A stretch of 64,000 nt of DNA from an uncultured Actinomycetes bacterium (GCA_963761485.1 CAVXGP010000005.1:352787-416786); one strand, 5' to 3'. Positions 1-10,172 are shown, counted from the first letter of the stretch. A program made the numbers and translations. The notes: a model not told the origin generated them from the sequence alone.

Positions 1-315
1 CGAGCTCGCCCGCCGCAGGCAGCCCGCTGCCGCCCCCGAGCCCGTGGCGAGGGAAGCTCCGCGGGAGGCCTAGCCCGCCGGGCCCCTCTCTATGCTGCGC
101 GCGTGCTCCGCCGCGAGACCAAGGGGCTAGCGGAAACGGCGTGACCCGCCCCGCGCTCTTCGGGAGGCCTCTCCCACTGCAGGTCCCCACTGCCTTCGTC
201 CGAATCCGCGTCCGCGGGACCACGTTCTGCGGCGAGGTGCGGAGGGGGCGCCCTGGCGCCTGCCCCTCGGCGCGGACCGCACGCCGGCACTAGCCGCACG
301 GTTTACGCTCCAGGC

Positions 316-1116
316 GTGTTCATCACGTTCATGAGCGACTTCGGGCTCAAGGACGACCTGGTGGGCACGTGCCACGGCGTGATGAAGCAGATCGCACCGG
401 ATGCGCAGATCATCGACATCACGCACGGGATCCCTCCGCAGGCAGTGCTGCAAGGGGCTCTCGTGCTCGCGAACACCATCGAGTACATGCCCATGGGGGT
501 CCACCTCGCAGTCGTGGATCCGGGGGTCGGCGGGCCGCGACGCCCGCTCGCCCTTCGCGACGCGCAGGATCGTCTGTACGTCGGTCCCGACAACGGTCTC
601 CTGATCCCGGCGGCGAGCCGAGCCGGAGTCGTGGCGGCCCACGAGCTCGCCAACCCCGCCTACGCGCTCGAGTTCATCTCGCGGACCTTTCACGGCCGCG
701 ATCTCTTCGGCCCGGCCGCGGCCCATCTCGCCGCCGGCGTCACGCTCGAAGAGCTCGGCCCCCCGCTCGATCCCGACGGCCTCGTCAGCCTGGACCTGCC
801 GAAGCCCGTACTCGTCGACGGAGCAGCCATTGCGAGGATCCTCTACATCGACAGCTTCGGGAACATCATGCTGAACCTGACGCGCGACGACGTCGCGACG
901 ATCGGAATCGTCTCCGGAACTCGGCTCGAGCTCGAGCTCGCCGGCGAGCGCTACTACGCGACGATGGCGAGGACGTTCGCCGACGCGCGCTCCGGCGACG
1001 TGATCCTGTACGAGGACAGCTACCGGAACATGTCGGTTGCGATCTCCCGCGGAAACGCCGCTCGCATGCTGCACGCGAGCCCGGGGCAGCAGGTTCGGAT
1101 CGTGCCTGCCGTCTGA
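316..1116 (+). CDS. SAM hydroxide adenosyltransferase / SAM-dependent halogenase-like family protein (DUF62)
   Basis: The ORF is 266 aa with a GTG start. The N-terminus FITFMSDFGLKDDLVGTCHGVMK and the block PMGVHLAVVDPGVGG resemble the DUF62 SAM-cleaving family as I remember it. The longer antisense ORF 127..1074 is Arg/Gly-rich noise. Confidence 0.7.
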   Translation: MFITFMSDFGLKDDLVGTCHGVMKQIAPDAQIIDITHGIPPQAVLQGALVLANTIEYMPMGVHLAVVDPGVGGPRRPLALRDAQDRLYVGPDNGLLIPAASRAGVVAAHELANPAYALEFISRTFHGRDLFGPAAAHLAAGVTLEELGPPLDPDGLVSLDLPKPVLVDGAAIARILYIDSFGNIMLNLTRDDVATIGIVSGTRLELELAGERYYATMARTFADARSGDVILYEDSYRNMSVAISRGNAARMLHASPGQQVRIVPAV

Positions 1117-1120
1117 CGGG

Positions 1121-2509
1121 CTACGAGAGAGCGGGTCGCTTGTCGGCCCACGGGCGGGCCTCCTCGACCTGGGCGGCGAACCGGAGCAGGAGCGCGTCGC
1201 CGGCGGGCGGTCCGATCGCCTGGACGCCGATCGGCAACCCGTCCGCCGACCAGTGGAGAGGAAGTGACACGGCCGGAAGACCGGTCAGGTTCGCGATCGC
1301 GGTGAACGGCGTGAAGACGGTGTTTCGGAGGAGCTGCTCGCTCGCGCCCTCGACCTCCTCCTGCCAGCCGATGGGAACCGGGGGTAGCGCGAGGGCGGGC
1401 GTGAGGACGACGTCGAAGTCCCGCCAGAACGCGACCGAACGCCGTGCGACGGCCTGAAGACGGACCACGGCGCGGGCGTAGTCGGCCGCCGAGCTCGAGC
1501 TTGCGGAGTCCACGAGCGCCCGGTTGAGCGGAGTCAGCAACGAAAGGTCGTCGACCGGGTACAGAGCGGGCCCGACCTGCCATACGGAGATGAACACACG
1601 CGCAAGGCCGGGCTCGGTCCAGGACGGCGTCGCCTCGGACACATCGTGGCCGAGCTCCTCGAGCAGGGCTGCCGCGGTGGCGAGCGCCGCGACGCACTCC
1701 GGATCGACCGGCGTCTCGACCGGTGGCACTGCGGTCACCGCGACTCGCAGCCTCCCCGGCGGCTCGCCCACCTCCTCTGCGAACGGGCGCTCCGGGGGCG
1801 GCGCCCACCAAGGATCGCCGGGCTCGTATCCGGCGAGGACGTCGAGGAGGTGGGCCGCGTCTGCGACCGACCGTGAGATGGGGCCGGAGGTGGAGAGGCC
1901 TTCCAGCGACGTGAACGGCGCCGGTGACACCCGCCCCCGCGACGGCTTGAGGCCGAAGACGCCGCAGCACGAGGCTGGGATGCGAATCGAGCCGCCCCCA
2001 TCGGTGCCGTGGGCGATCGGGACGAGACCGGCTGCAAGAGCAGCCGCGGCGCCACCACTCGAGCCGCCGGGGGTGCGCTCGGTGTTCCACGGGTTGCGGG
2101 TCGCACCGTTCAGGTCCGACTCGGTGAAGGCAGTCGTGCCGAACTCCGGCGTGTTCGTCTTGCCGAGAACCACGAACCCCGCCTCGCGCAGCCGGCGGGC
2201 GACGGCCATGTCGAAGTCGGGGACGTAGTCGGCGAATGCACGACTCGAGTAGGTCGTACGAATGCCGGCGGTTGCCGTCAAGTCCTTGATCGCCGTGGGT
2301 ACGCCGTGGAACGGGGCGCCCGTTGGTTCGCTGTCGGCCGCCCGCGCGTCGTCGAGAGCCGCCTCGGGTCGGACGGTGACGAACGCGTTCAGCTCGGGAT
2401 CGAGACGGGCGATCCGCTCGAGGTAGAGCTCGACGAGCTCGACCGATGAGATCTCGCCGTCGCGTACGAGCTGCGCCTGCTCGACGGCGGAGAGAAACGC
2501 CAGCTCCAT
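1121..2509 (-). CDS. amidase (amidase-signature family)
   Basis: The ORF is 462 aa. It carries the Gly/Ser-rich AS block TPGGSSGGAAAALAAG followed by GTDGGGSIRIPAS. It is convergent with the previous gene, with a 4-nt gap. Confidence 0.85.
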   Translation of the reverse strand: MELAFLSAVEQAQLVRDGEISSVELVELYLERIARLDPELNAFVTVRPEAALDDARAADSEPTGAPFHGVPTAIKDLTATAGIRTTYSSRAFADYVPDFDMAVARRLREAGFVVLGKTNTPEFGTTAFTESDLNGATRNPWNTERTPGGSSGGAAAALAAGLVPIAHGTDGGGSIRIPASCCGVFGLKPSRGRVSPAPFTSLEGLSTSGPISRSVADAAHLLDVLAGYEPGDPWWAPPPERPFAEEVGEPPGRLRVAVTAVPPVETPVDPECVAALATAAALLEELGHDVSEATPSWTEPGLARVFISVWQVGPALYPVDDLSLLTPLNRALVDSASSSSAADYARAVVRLQAVARRSVAFWRDFDVVLTPALALPPVPIGWQEEVEGASEQLLRNTVFTPFTAIANLTGLPAVSLPLHWSADGLPIGVQAIGPPAGDALLLRFAAQVEEARPWADKRPALS

Positions 2510-2621
2510 CGAACGGCGACGCTACACGTTCGCAGCGGGAGATCGCCTCGGGTCCTCGCCGCCTCGACGGCGCTTACACTCCCGAGTTTGCGTGAGCGAG
2601 GACGTCCTGGAGGGAGGGTCC

Positions 2622-3281
2622 ATGAGTGACTATGCGTTGTCGCGACTTGACGAGATCGAAGAGCAGGATGACGGCCGCGAGCCCTGGCGCCCCGTGCGGC
2701 ACCACTTCGGGATCACGTCCTTCGGCATAAACGCGTGGACGGCCCAGGGTGCGGGGGATCGGATCATCAACGAGCACGACGAATCGGACGACTTGAGCGA
2801 GGAGCTCTACATCGTGCTCCACGGGCACGCCGTCTTCGAGCTGGACGGCGAACGTCGCGACGCGCCGGCCGGCACGTTCGTCTTCGTCCGCCCCGATGTC
2901 AAGCGGACGGCATTCGCCGAGGAGCCCGGGACCACGATCATCGCGGTCGGCGGCATCCCGGGAAAGGCGTACGAGCCGGACGGTTGGGAGCTCTGGGCTC
3001 CTCTCAATCCGCTGTACCAGGCCCGCGAGTACGCCGAGGCCGCCGATCGTGGGCGTGAGCTGGTCGACGCGTATCCCCAGTACGCCGCGCTCTGGTACAA
3101 CGTCGCCTGCTGCGAGAGCCTCGCCGGACGTCCGAGCGACGCCGTCGAGCACCTTCGGCAGGCGATCGACCTGTCCGAGCGATTTCGCGCCCACGCGAAG
3201 GGGGACTCGGACTTCGATCCAATTCGCGGCGAGCCCGCGTTCAAGGAGCTGATCGACGCCCCAGCGGCTGCGCGCGAATGA
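2622..3281 (+). CDS. cupin-domain protein with helical C-terminal extension
   Basis: The ORF track gives 2592..3281. I prefer the in-frame ATG at 2622, which is preceded by GGAGGGAGGG. The cupin-like core is ELYIVLHGHAVFELDGERRDAPAGTFVFVRP. Confidence 0.6.
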   Translation: MSDYALSRLDEIEEQDDGREPWRPVRHHFGITSFGINAWTAQGAGDRIINEHDESDDLSEELYIVLHGHAVFELDGERRDAPAGTFVFVRPDVKRTAFAEEPGTTIIAVGGIPGKAYEPDGWELWAPLNPLYQAREYAEAADRGRELVDAYPQYAALWYNVACCESLAGRPSDAVEHLRQAIDLSERFRAHAKGDSDFDPIRGEPAFKELIDAPAAARE

Positions 3282-3301
3282 CGGGTCCGAGCACTCGCGA
3301 G

Positions 3302-3374
3302 TGGCGAGGGCCGGAATCGAACCGGCGACACCACGGTTTTCAGCCGTGTGCTCTACCGACTGAGCTACCTCGCC
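3302..3374 (-). tRNA. tRNA-Phe (anticodon GAA)
   Basis: The reverse complement reads GGCGAGGTAGCTCAGTCGGTAGAGCACACGGCTGAAAACCGTGGTGTCGCCGGTTCGATTCCGGCCCTCGCCA. It has a 7-bp acceptor stem, a D-loop AGTCGGTAGA, an anticodon loop CTGAAAA and a T-loop GGTTCGATTCC. It is 73 nt and CCA is not encoded. Confidence 0.95.
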
Positions 3375-3521
3375 GCGGCAAGGCAGTGTACCCGGGAGGG
3401 TGTCAGGTCTTGGTTGCGTAGAGGTAGGCACCGGCCATGGCCCAGCAGTCTCTCTCTCGCGCCACGCCCGGACGAGGATCGCATAGCGTTCCGCGCCGTG
3501 GAAGCGGGCAGGAAGGGTGCG

Positions 3522-4406
3522 GTGGCGATCATCGGTGCGGCGCTCGATCTCGGGCAAGGCCGGCGCGGTGTCGACATGGGGCCCTCAGCGATCCGCTACG
3601 CGGGGCTCGAGGAGCGGCTGACCAGCCTTGGCTACGAGGTTCGGGACCACGGGAACGTCGAGACCGCCGTTCCGGAGGCGACTGCGCTGCGCGACGAGCG
3701 CGCCCGCTTCCTGCCCGAGATCAAGGAAACGTGCGAGCGGATCGCCGCGAAGGTGGTCGAGGAGTCGGCTGCAGGTGCGATCCCGCTCGTGCTCGGCGGC
3801 GACCACTCGGTCGCTATTGGAACCCTCGGCGGCCTTGCCTCGGCGCACGGCCCGGGAGGCGTGCTCTGGATCGACGCGCACTCGGATGTCAACACGCCGG
3901 AGACGAGCCCGAGCGGGAACGTGCACGGCATGCCGCTCGCGGCGGCTCTCGGCCTCGCGGGAGCGGAGTTCGAGAGCGACGCATGGCCGTTGCCTGCCCT
4001 CGATCCACGAAGAGTCGCGCTCGTCGGCCTGCGGCAAACCGATGCTGGCGAGCGCCGGCTGCTCCGGGACGCGGGCGTGCGTGTCTTCACGATGAGCGAG
4101 ATCGACCGGATCGGCGTCGAACGGGCGCTGCGCGAGGCGCTCGACCGCGTTGCCGGCCCGGGGTTCGTGCATCTCTCGCTCGACATGGACGCGCTCGACC
4201 CGGAGCTTGCTCCTGGTGTCGGCACCCCGGTCCGCGGCGGCCTCACCTATCGGGAGGCACACCTTGCGCTCGAGCTCATCGCCGAGTCCGGGCTCGCGGG
4301 CTCGCTGGAGGTCGTCGAGGTCAACCCGATCCTCGACCGGGAGAACACGACGGCCCTTACTGCCGTCGAGCTCGTGGCGAGTGCCCTCGGGAAGACGATC
4401 CTCTAG
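3522..4406 (+). CDS. rocF: arginase (ureohydrolase family)
   Basis: ORF 3348..4406 overlaps the tRNA at its 5' end. I prefer the in-frame GTG at 3522 after GGAAGG, giving 294 aa. Ureohydrolase motifs are LVLGGDHS, WIDAHSDVNTPETSPSGNVHGMPLA and SLDMDALDP. Confidence 0.8.
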   Translation: MAIIGAALDLGQGRRGVDMGPSAIRYAGLEERLTSLGYEVRDHGNVETAVPEATALRDERARFLPEIKETCERIAAKVVEESAAGAIPLVLGGDHSVAIGTLGGLASAHGPGGVLWIDAHSDVNTPETSPSGNVHGMPLAAALGLAGAEFESDAWPLPALDPRRVALVGLRQTDAGERRLLRDAGVRVFTMSEIDRIGVERALREALDRVAGPGFVHLSLDMDALDPELAPGVGTPVRGGLTYREAHLALELIAESGLAGSLEVVEVNPILDRENTTALTAVELVASALGKTIL

Positions 4407-4427
4407 CTCTGCACGAAGTCCCTGAAG

Positions 4428-4446
4428 GCGGCCGCTTCACGGCCGC
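4428..4446. terminator. candidate bidirectional hairpin between convergent genes
   Basis: GCGGCCG-cttca-CGGCCGC is a perfect 7-bp GC stem with a 5-nt loop. It lies in the 45-nt gap between the arginase stop and the methyltransferase stop. There is no U-tract. Confidence 0.35.
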
Positions 4447-4451
4447 ACCCT

Positions 4452-5294
4452 CTACGCCCGTGGGCGTCGCGCCAATGCGACTCTGCTCAGCGCCGGCATG
4501 ACGAGCCCGTCGCCGAGGCGATAGGACTCGAGCGCGGCACGCACATCCCCGTAGACCTTCCGTGTCTCCTGCTCGCTCAGCGCCTCCAGGACTGTTCCGA
4601 GCGTCCGCGACAGGTCACGGGACGCACCCCAGTACTCCTCGAAGCTCGAGTACCGCCACGTCAGCAGGACATCGTCCTGGACCAGGAGCTCGAGCCCGGC
4701 GCCTTCGACGAGCTCGCACACACGGTCGGGGTCTGCGAGCCGGAACGGTCCGGGCGCGTCGGGATCGGGACGCTCCATCCTTCCGCCCGACACGAGCGCT
4801 CGTCCGATCGCGGCCGCCCACGGGTTCTCGTCGGCGGTCCCCCAGACGGCGAAGGCGACGCGGCCGCCGCCTCGCAGGACACGTCTGGTCTCGGCGAACG
4901 CGAAGGAGGGGTCGGGAACGAGCATGTAGCCGTAGCGGCACAGGACGCCGTCCACGCTCTCGTCGTGCAGCTCGAGCTCCTGGGCGTCCAGGGCACGGAA
5001 GTCGGCATTCGAGACGCCGAGCTCCGCGGCGCGCCGCTCGGCGGCGGCAACCATCCCAGGGACGAGGTCGCTCGAGATCAGCCGACCGGTCGGAGCGATG
5101 CGCTCGGCTGCGAGGAACCCGGTGTCGCCGGTCCCGGCTGCGATCTCGAGCACCCGATCACCCGGCTTCGGGTCGAGGAGGTCGACCATCCGCTCCGAAA
5201 CCTCCCGGGTTGCCTCCCAGGTCAGAGCCCGCCGGCGCTCCCAGCCGGCGGAGACCGCCTCCCAGCCCTCGAAGCTCTCGTCCGTCCCGGTCAG
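4452..5294 (-). CDS. class I SAM-dependent methyltransferase (downstream tandem paralogue)
   Basis: The SAM-binding motif is VLEIAAGTGDTGFL. The first canonical start is ATG at 5189. However, 35 codons upstream of it align with the paralogue N-terminus (ESFEGWEAVSAGWERRRALTW vs RIFDIWERMAPGWERRNAVTW). I therefore extend the gene to the CTG at 5294, which overlaps the upstream stop as CTGA; an ATC at 5306 is the alternative near-cognate start. The exact start is uncertain. Confidence 0.7.
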   Translation of the reverse strand: MTGTDESFEGWEAVSAGWERRRALTWEATREVSERMVDLLDPKPGDRVLEIAAGTGDTGFLAAERIAPTGRLISSDLVPGMVAAAERRAAELGVSNADFRALDAQELELHDESVDGVLCRYGYMLVPDPSFAFAETRRVLRGGGRVAFAVWGTADENPWAAAIGRALVSGGRMERPDPDAPGPFRLADPDRVCELVEGAGLELLVQDDVLLTWRYSSFEEYWGASRDLSRTLGTVLEALSEQETRKVYGDVRAALESYRLGDGLVMPALSRVALARRPRA

Positions 5295-6139
5295 GAGGCT
5301 GCCGATCGGGTCGAGACGTTCGCGCAGAGCCCGTCGAGCTCGAAACTGCCGTCTGCCTTCGAACCGAGGGCTTCGCGGACCGAGGAGCGAACCGAGCCCT
5401 GCTCCGTCTCGGGCAGTTGCTCGATGACCATGGCGAGCGCGCCCGCCTTGTCCAGTGTGAATGCCCAGTAATCCTCGAACGAGTCGAACGGCCACCTCAT
5501 CGGCACCTCGGTGATCTCCGGAGGCTCGAAGCCGGCGCCGAGGACGAGCGTCTCGATCCGAGCCGGATCGGCGAGCGCGAACACGCCCGGCTGGTTCGGT
5601 GCGGGGACAATGTGGCCGGCATCGGCGAGAACCTGCGCGACCGTTGCCGCCCACGGATTCCCGGCAGGCGGTCCCCAGACGGAGAAGGCAAGGCGGCCTC
5701 CCGGCCTCAGCACCCGCCGCGTCTCGCGGAACGCGGCCTCGGAGTCCGGCATCAGCATGTACCCCCAGCGGCAGACCACCGCGTCGACGCTCTCGTCAGG
5801 CAGATCGAGTGCCTGAGCGTCGAGAACACGGTACTCGACGTCCTTCACGCCGAGCGCTTCGCCTCGCCGTCGCGCCGCTTCGACCATCGCCGGCGAGAAG
5901 TCGCTGGAGATGACGCGGCCGCCCGGCGCGACCCGCTCGGAGGCGAGAAAGCCGGTGTCACCGATGCCGGCGGCGAGCTCGAGCACCGTCTCGCCGACGC
6001 GAGGGTCGACAGCGTCCACCAGCTGGCGGCCGATGTGCTCGGAGGCGCGCCAGGTGACGGCGTTTCGTCGCTCCCAACCGGGAGCCATCCGCTCCCAGAT
6101 GTCGAAGATCCGCCTCGCGGCGTCGTCTTCCACGATCAT
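5291..6139 (-). CDS. class I SAM-dependent methyltransferase (upstream tandem paralogue)
   Basis: The ORF is 282 aa with motif VLELAAGIGDTGFL. Its ATG overlaps the stop of the LLM gene (ATGA at 6136-6139). Confidence 0.85.
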   Translation of the reverse strand: MIVEDDAARRIFDIWERMAPGWERRNAVTWRASEHIGRQLVDAVDPRVGETVLELAAGIGDTGFLASERVAPGGRVISSDFSPAMVEAARRRGEALGVKDVEYRVLDAQALDLPDESVDAVVCRWGYMLMPDSEAAFRETRRVLRPGGRLAFSVWGPPAGNPWAATVAQVLADAGHIVPAPNQPGVFALADPARIETLVLGAGFEPPEITEVPMRWPFDSFEDYWAFTLDKAGALAMVIEQLPETEQGSVRSSVREALGSKADGSFELDGLCANVSTRSAAS

Positions 6140-7152
6140 GCGGCCACGCCGGCGAACCGCGGGAGGATGTCCTTCCCATAGGCCGCGAGCGTCTCCTCCT
6201 GACCGTGGGTCATGAGGTAGATGTTGAAGTGGTCGACGCCGATCGACTCGAGCTCTCTCAGCTTCGCGGTCGCCTGCTCAGGAGTCCCGAGGACGCAGAA
6301 GCGGTCGCAGATCTCGTCGGTCACGAACTCGCCGTGCTTCGCGCCGACCCGGCTGTGGTCCTTGTAGTCGTAGAACTTGCGTACCTTGACGTATTCGGTC
6401 AGAGCATCCGGGATCTCGGAGTCGAAGCCGTAGCGCTCGACGAGGTCCATGACATGGTTCGAGACCATCGCCGGGAACCAGCGCACCTGCTCACGCGCAT
6501 CGGCGATGTCGTCCGAGATGTGGCTTGGCGCGCAGACATGGCACTTCAGCTCCGCCGGGTCGCGTCCAGCCTCCTCCGCCGACTTTCGGGCCGTCTCCAT
6601 GATCCACTGGATGATCTGAGGGTCGGCGAGCTGGATGATGACACCGTCTCCGACGCGGCCTGCGACCGCGAGCGCCCGCGGCCCGTAGCCGGCGACCCAC
6701 AGCTCGATCGGCGGGTCCTGCAACGCCCAGGTCAGCTCGAGCTCTTTGCCGTTCCACTCGACCTTCCGGCCGTTCATCAGGCCTTTCATCATCACCAGCG
6801 ACCGCTCGAACTCGGCCATCTTCACCGGCTGGTAGCCGATGACCCGCCGTGCCGAGTCGCCGCGGCCGATGCCCATCACCATGCGTCCGCCGGAGATGAC
6901 GTGCAGGGTTGCGTAGCCGCTTGCCGTCACGGTCGGCTCCCGCGTGCCGGGGTTGGTCACGCAATGACCGAACTTCATGCGGCGCGTCGCCTGGATCGCC
7001 AGGGTCAGCAGTGGGTACGACTCGTGCCAGAGGATGGGCGAGTCGTAGGTCCAGCCGTACTCGAAGCCGTGTGACTCCGCCAGCCGGAGCAGCTCGACGA
7101 ACCGCTGGTAGGGAGGGTCGGGCAGAACGGTGACGCCGAAGCTCAAAGCCAT
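6136..7152 (-). CDS. luciferase-like monooxygenase (LLM) family flavin/F420-dependent oxidoreductase
   Basis: The ORF is 338 aa. MALSFGVTVLPDPP...GRMVMGIGRGDSARR...GTPEQATAKLRELESIGVDHFNIYL is the typical LLM/Mer-like layout. An RBS GAAGGAGA lies upstream. Confidence 0.85.
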   Translation of the reverse strand: MALSFGVTVLPDPPYQRFVELLRLAESHGFEYGWTYDSPILWHESYPLLTLAIQATRRMKFGHCVTNPGTREPTVTASGYATLHVISGGRMVMGIGRGDSARRVIGYQPVKMAEFERSLVMMKGLMNGRKVEWNGKELELTWALQDPPIELWVAGYGPRALAVAGRVGDGVIIQLADPQIIQWIMETARKSAEEAGRDPAELKCHVCAPSHISDDIADAREQVRWFPAMVSNHVMDLVERYGFDSEIPDALTEYVKVRKFYDYKDHSRVGAKHGEFVTDEICDRFCVLGTPEQATAKLRELESIGVDHFNIYLMTHGQEETLAAYGKDILPRFAGVAA

Positions 7153-7191
7153 CTCGTCTCCTTCGCTCGCTCGGAGAGGCGGATTATCGCG

Positions 7192-8046
7192 CTACAGGTC
7201 GGTGGTGCGAAGTGCGAGCAGTGCTGAAGCTGCGAGGGCTGCGATGACCGCGAACGCGATCCGCCCGTCGCCGGGGAGGTCGAACGTGAGCCCTGCGAGC
7301 GGCGTTCCGACGAGGATCGTCAGGACTGCGAACGCGTTCACGAGCGCGATTGCTCCAGCCGGAGCGTCCGGGCGAGCGCGCTGCGCTGCGGCGAAGATCG
7401 CGGCGAAAGGGAGCCCAGCGGCGAGCCCGAGCAGGAGAGCTCCGAGTGTAGAGACCGCCACACGCGCTTCAAGTGAGAGCAGCGCTGCTCCCGCGGCTAC
7501 ACCGAGCAGCCCGGCCACAACGAGCGGCTCTCGCCACCCTTTGCCGGCCAGGAGTCCTCCCATGGGTCGGGTCGCGATCCCGCTGAACAGGATCAGGCCG
7601 CCGACAAGGCCTGCCGCCGCGGAGCTCACTCCCTGGCGTTCGAGGAGCGGCACCGCCCAGTTGCCGGCAACGACGGCCAACCCGAACGTGCCGGCCTGAA
7701 GGACGCCGAGCGGGAACAGACGAGCGTCGCGAAGGACCCACCGACCCGCTCGAACCGGGCGCACCGAGCGGCTCGCCCGCAACGTGGGGACGGCGGCCGC
7801 GAGTGCCAGGACGCCGGCGCTCCAATACGGTGCCCGCCAGTCGGTCGCATCGGTCAGAGGCGGGACGATCATCAAGGCAAGCCCTCCGCCCACCATCGTC
7901 GCTCCGCCGTAGGCGCCTTGCAGGACCGCCCCGCCGCCCCCGGCCCGGACGAGATCGAAGCCTGCGACGAAGCCCGCGCCCGAGCCGATTCCGACGACTG
8001 CGCGGCCGAGAAGGGCGAGCGGAAACGAGTCGTCGGCGAGCAGCAT
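7192..8046 (-). CDS. MFS transporter (coordinates are the canonical-start ORF only; the conserved N-terminus continues in frame to about 8328)
   Basis: This is a hydrophobic multi-TM protein. My hand translation of the same frame upstream of ATG 8046 gives PVTVAAGLAVGACLTWNIANVGAV...LPAGRGADRFGARTVALIAIG. That covers TM1-TM2 plus the MFS motif A, but the stretch has no ATG/GTG/TTG (see findings). Confidence 0.75.
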   Translation of the reverse strand: MLLADDSFPLALLGRAVVGIGSGAGFVAGFDLVRAGGGGAVLQGAYGGATMVGGGLALMIVPPLTDATDWRAPYWSAGVLALAAAVPTLRASRSVRPVRAGRWVLRDARLFPLGVLQAGTFGLAVVAGNWAVPLLERQGVSSAAAGLVGGLILFSGIATRPMGGLLAGKGWREPLVVAGLLGVAAGAALLSLEARVAVSTLGALLLGLAAGLPFAAIFAAAQRARPDAPAGAIALVNAFAVLTILVGTPLAGLTFDLPGDGRIAFAVIAALAASALLALRTTDL

Positions 8047-8326
8047 GGCGTTCCCCGCGACCGTCGCTCCGATCGCGATCAGGGCGACGGTCCGTGCGCC
8101 GAAGCGGTCCGCCCCGCGTCCCGCGGGAAGCTGGGCTGCGAGGTGCGTGACGAAGAGCGCCGTCGTGAGCAGGCCGACCGCAGCGAGGGAGACTCCGTAC
8201 GCCTGGGCCAGCGGGTCGGCGACCGCGCCGACATTTGCGATGTTCCACGTCAGGCAGGCGCCGACAGCGAGTCCCGCTGCGACGGTGACCGGGTGGGTTG
8301 GGTCAGACCTTTGGGCCTGACCGCTG

Positions 8327-9643
8327 TCAACGACCGCCGCCGTCCGCGACCCAGTCGATGGTCTTCGCGGCGAGCCGGTCGAGGGCCGCGACGGCGAGCT
8401 CGAGGTGCTCCTCTTTGGTGTCCTCGAGCTTCGTATGAGAGAGGCCGCGGAGGCTCTGCACGAACAGCATCACCGTGGGCACCCCGGCCCGGGAGACCTC
8501 GGCGGCGTCGTGCAACGGCCCCGAGGGCAACCGATACGAGCTGCCCGCGACCTCCTTGATCGCCTCCTCGCAGAAGCCGAGGAGCTTCTCGTGGAACGGG
8601 ATCGGCTCGATCGACCAGATCTTTTCCCACCCGACGTCGATGCGCTCCTCACCGGCGAAGCGCTCGGTAGAGGCCTTGGCCTCGGCGAGCATCATCGCCA
8701 GCCTGTGCTCGTTCACATCGCGCTGGTCGAGGAGCTGCTCAGCGGTCTCGACCACCGAGGTCACGATCCCCGGCCGGCAGACGACGTTCCCGGACGTGCA
8801 GACGGCGCTGCCGCCCGTGCGCCGCGCGATGTCGCGGATCTCGAGCGCGAGCTTGGCCGCACCGGCAAGTGCATCTCGCCGCTTGTCCATGGGCGTCGAT
8901 CCCGCATGGGCTGCCTGCCCGCGCCAGGTGATCCGATGACGCTCGACGCCGAAGGTCCCGAGGACGGCACCGAGTGGGAGGCCGAGCGACTCCAGCACCG
9001 GCCCCTGCTCGATGTGGAGCTCGAGGTATGCGGCTGCGTTCGCGAGCTCGCGCTTCGCGCCGAGGGCCTTGTCGAGATCGACTCCGTAAGCGCTCAGGGC
9101 ATCCGGCAAGGCGACTCCGTCGCGGTCGGTCAGCTGCCGGAGCTCGTCCTGGTCGCGCATGGAGCCGGCGGCGGCGCTCGACCCGAACAGGCTGCGGCCG
9201 AAGCGTGCGCCCTCCTCGTCAGCCCAGTTGACGAGCCGGACGGTTACCGGTGGCTTCCCGTCGGCCGCGATCCGGCGGAGGACCTCGATTCCCGCGACGA
9301 GGTCGAGCGCGCCGTCGAGCCAGCCGCCGTTCGGCACCGAGTCGATGTGACCGCCGATGAGCACGGCGGGCTTCGTCTTCGCGCCGAGCGTGAACCACTG
9401 GTTTCCGGCCGGGTCGACCGTCTCCTTGGCGCCGGTCTCCGCGAGTTTGTCGCGTAGCCACGCCCGCGCCTGCTGCCACGTGTCCGTCCAAGCGACTCGC
9501 TGGGCTCCGTTCTCGTCCTCGGTGAGCGCGCGGAGCTCCTTCAGCTCGGCGACCGCTCGCTTCGGGTCGAGTGCCACAGGGGCGAAGCCTAGACGGCTCG
9601 CGTTCGCAGCCAAGAGGCGACCGCGGCTCGGCATCGGCCGCAA
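8327..9643 (-). CDS. M20 Zn-dependent amidohydrolase, allantoate amidohydrolase / N-carbamoyl-amino-acid hydrolase family
   Basis: The ORF is 438 aa. GGHIDSVPNGGWLDGALDLVAGIEVL is the family hallmark. An alternative start lies at 9634. Confidence 0.85.
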   Translation of the reverse strand: MRPMPSRGRLLAANASRLGFAPVALDPKRAVAELKELRALTEDENGAQRVAWTDTWQQARAWLRDKLAETGAKETVDPAGNQWFTLGAKTKPAVLIGGHIDSVPNGGWLDGALDLVAGIEVLRRIAADGKPPVTVRLVNWADEEGARFGRSLFGSSAAAGSMRDQDELRQLTDRDGVALPDALSAYGVDLDKALGAKRELANAAAYLELHIEQGPVLESLGLPLGAVLGTFGVERHRITWRGQAAHAGSTPMDKRRDALAGAAKLALEIRDIARRTGGSAVCTSGNVVCRPGIVTSVVETAEQLLDQRDVNEHRLAMMLAEAKASTERFAGEERIDVGWEKIWSIEPIPFHEKLLGFCEEAIKEVAGSSYRLPSGPLHDAAEVSRAGVPTVMLFVQSLRGLSHTKLEDTKEEHLELAVAALDRLAAKTIDWVADGGGR

Positions 9644-9691
9644 CGCGGCGCGGACGACGACGGCGTCCGCGTGCGACCGTTCGGAGCTACC

Positions 9692-10057
9692 TCAGTCCCC
9701 GAGTGCGTCTAGATAGCGCGCGAAGGCGTCTCGCCGGCGCTGCGCACACGCGATCTCCTCCCCCAGCCGGGCGATCTCGGCCAAGAGCTCCTGGCGCTCG
9801 ACCTCGGGGTCTGGCTCAGTCGTGAGCCAGTCTTCGTCGGGCGATGTCTCCGTGATCTCATCCCCCGGGTCTCGGCCCAGGACGGCCCGGACGATGTCGA
9901 CGTCTCTGGGGGTCATGCGGGCGAACGCCTCCTCGTCGACGCGCGGGCCCTCGAGCTCGGCCGCCGTCTCCTCCAGCTGCACGAGCAGCGCAGCCTCCCT
10001 CTCGTGCTCGAACTCGACCGCTTCGCCGATCACACGCCTGCGCTGGTTCCGGGCCAT
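9692..10057 (-). CDS. hypothetical acidic protein (121 aa)
   Basis: I take the internal ATG at 10057 of ORF 9692..10327, because the longer version would run over the divergent GntR gene. Third codon positions are mostly G/C. No family was recognised. Confidence 0.45.
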   Translation of the reverse strand: MARNQRRRVIGEAVEFEHEREAALLVQLEETAAELEGPRVDEEAFARMTPRDVDIVRAVLGRDPGDEITETSPDEDWLTTEPDPEVERQELLAEIARLGEEIACAQRRRDAFARYLDALGD

Positions 10058-10074
10058 CGCCCCACGGTCCACGG

Positions 10075-10097
10075 GGCAAGGATAATCGAGCCTTGCC
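10075..10097. promoter_or_regulatory. inverted repeat GGCAAGG-N9-CCTTGCC in a divergent promoter region
   Basis: The repeat has perfect 7-bp arms. It lies in the 115-nt gap between the 9692..10057 gene (minus) and the GntR gene (plus). Confidence 0.25.
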
Positions 10098-10172
10098 GCC
10101 GCCCGGTCCCCGCGGAGGCGGTCTCGTGTCGAGGGTTTCGGTCGAGATTGCATACGATATTGTGCCGGCGTC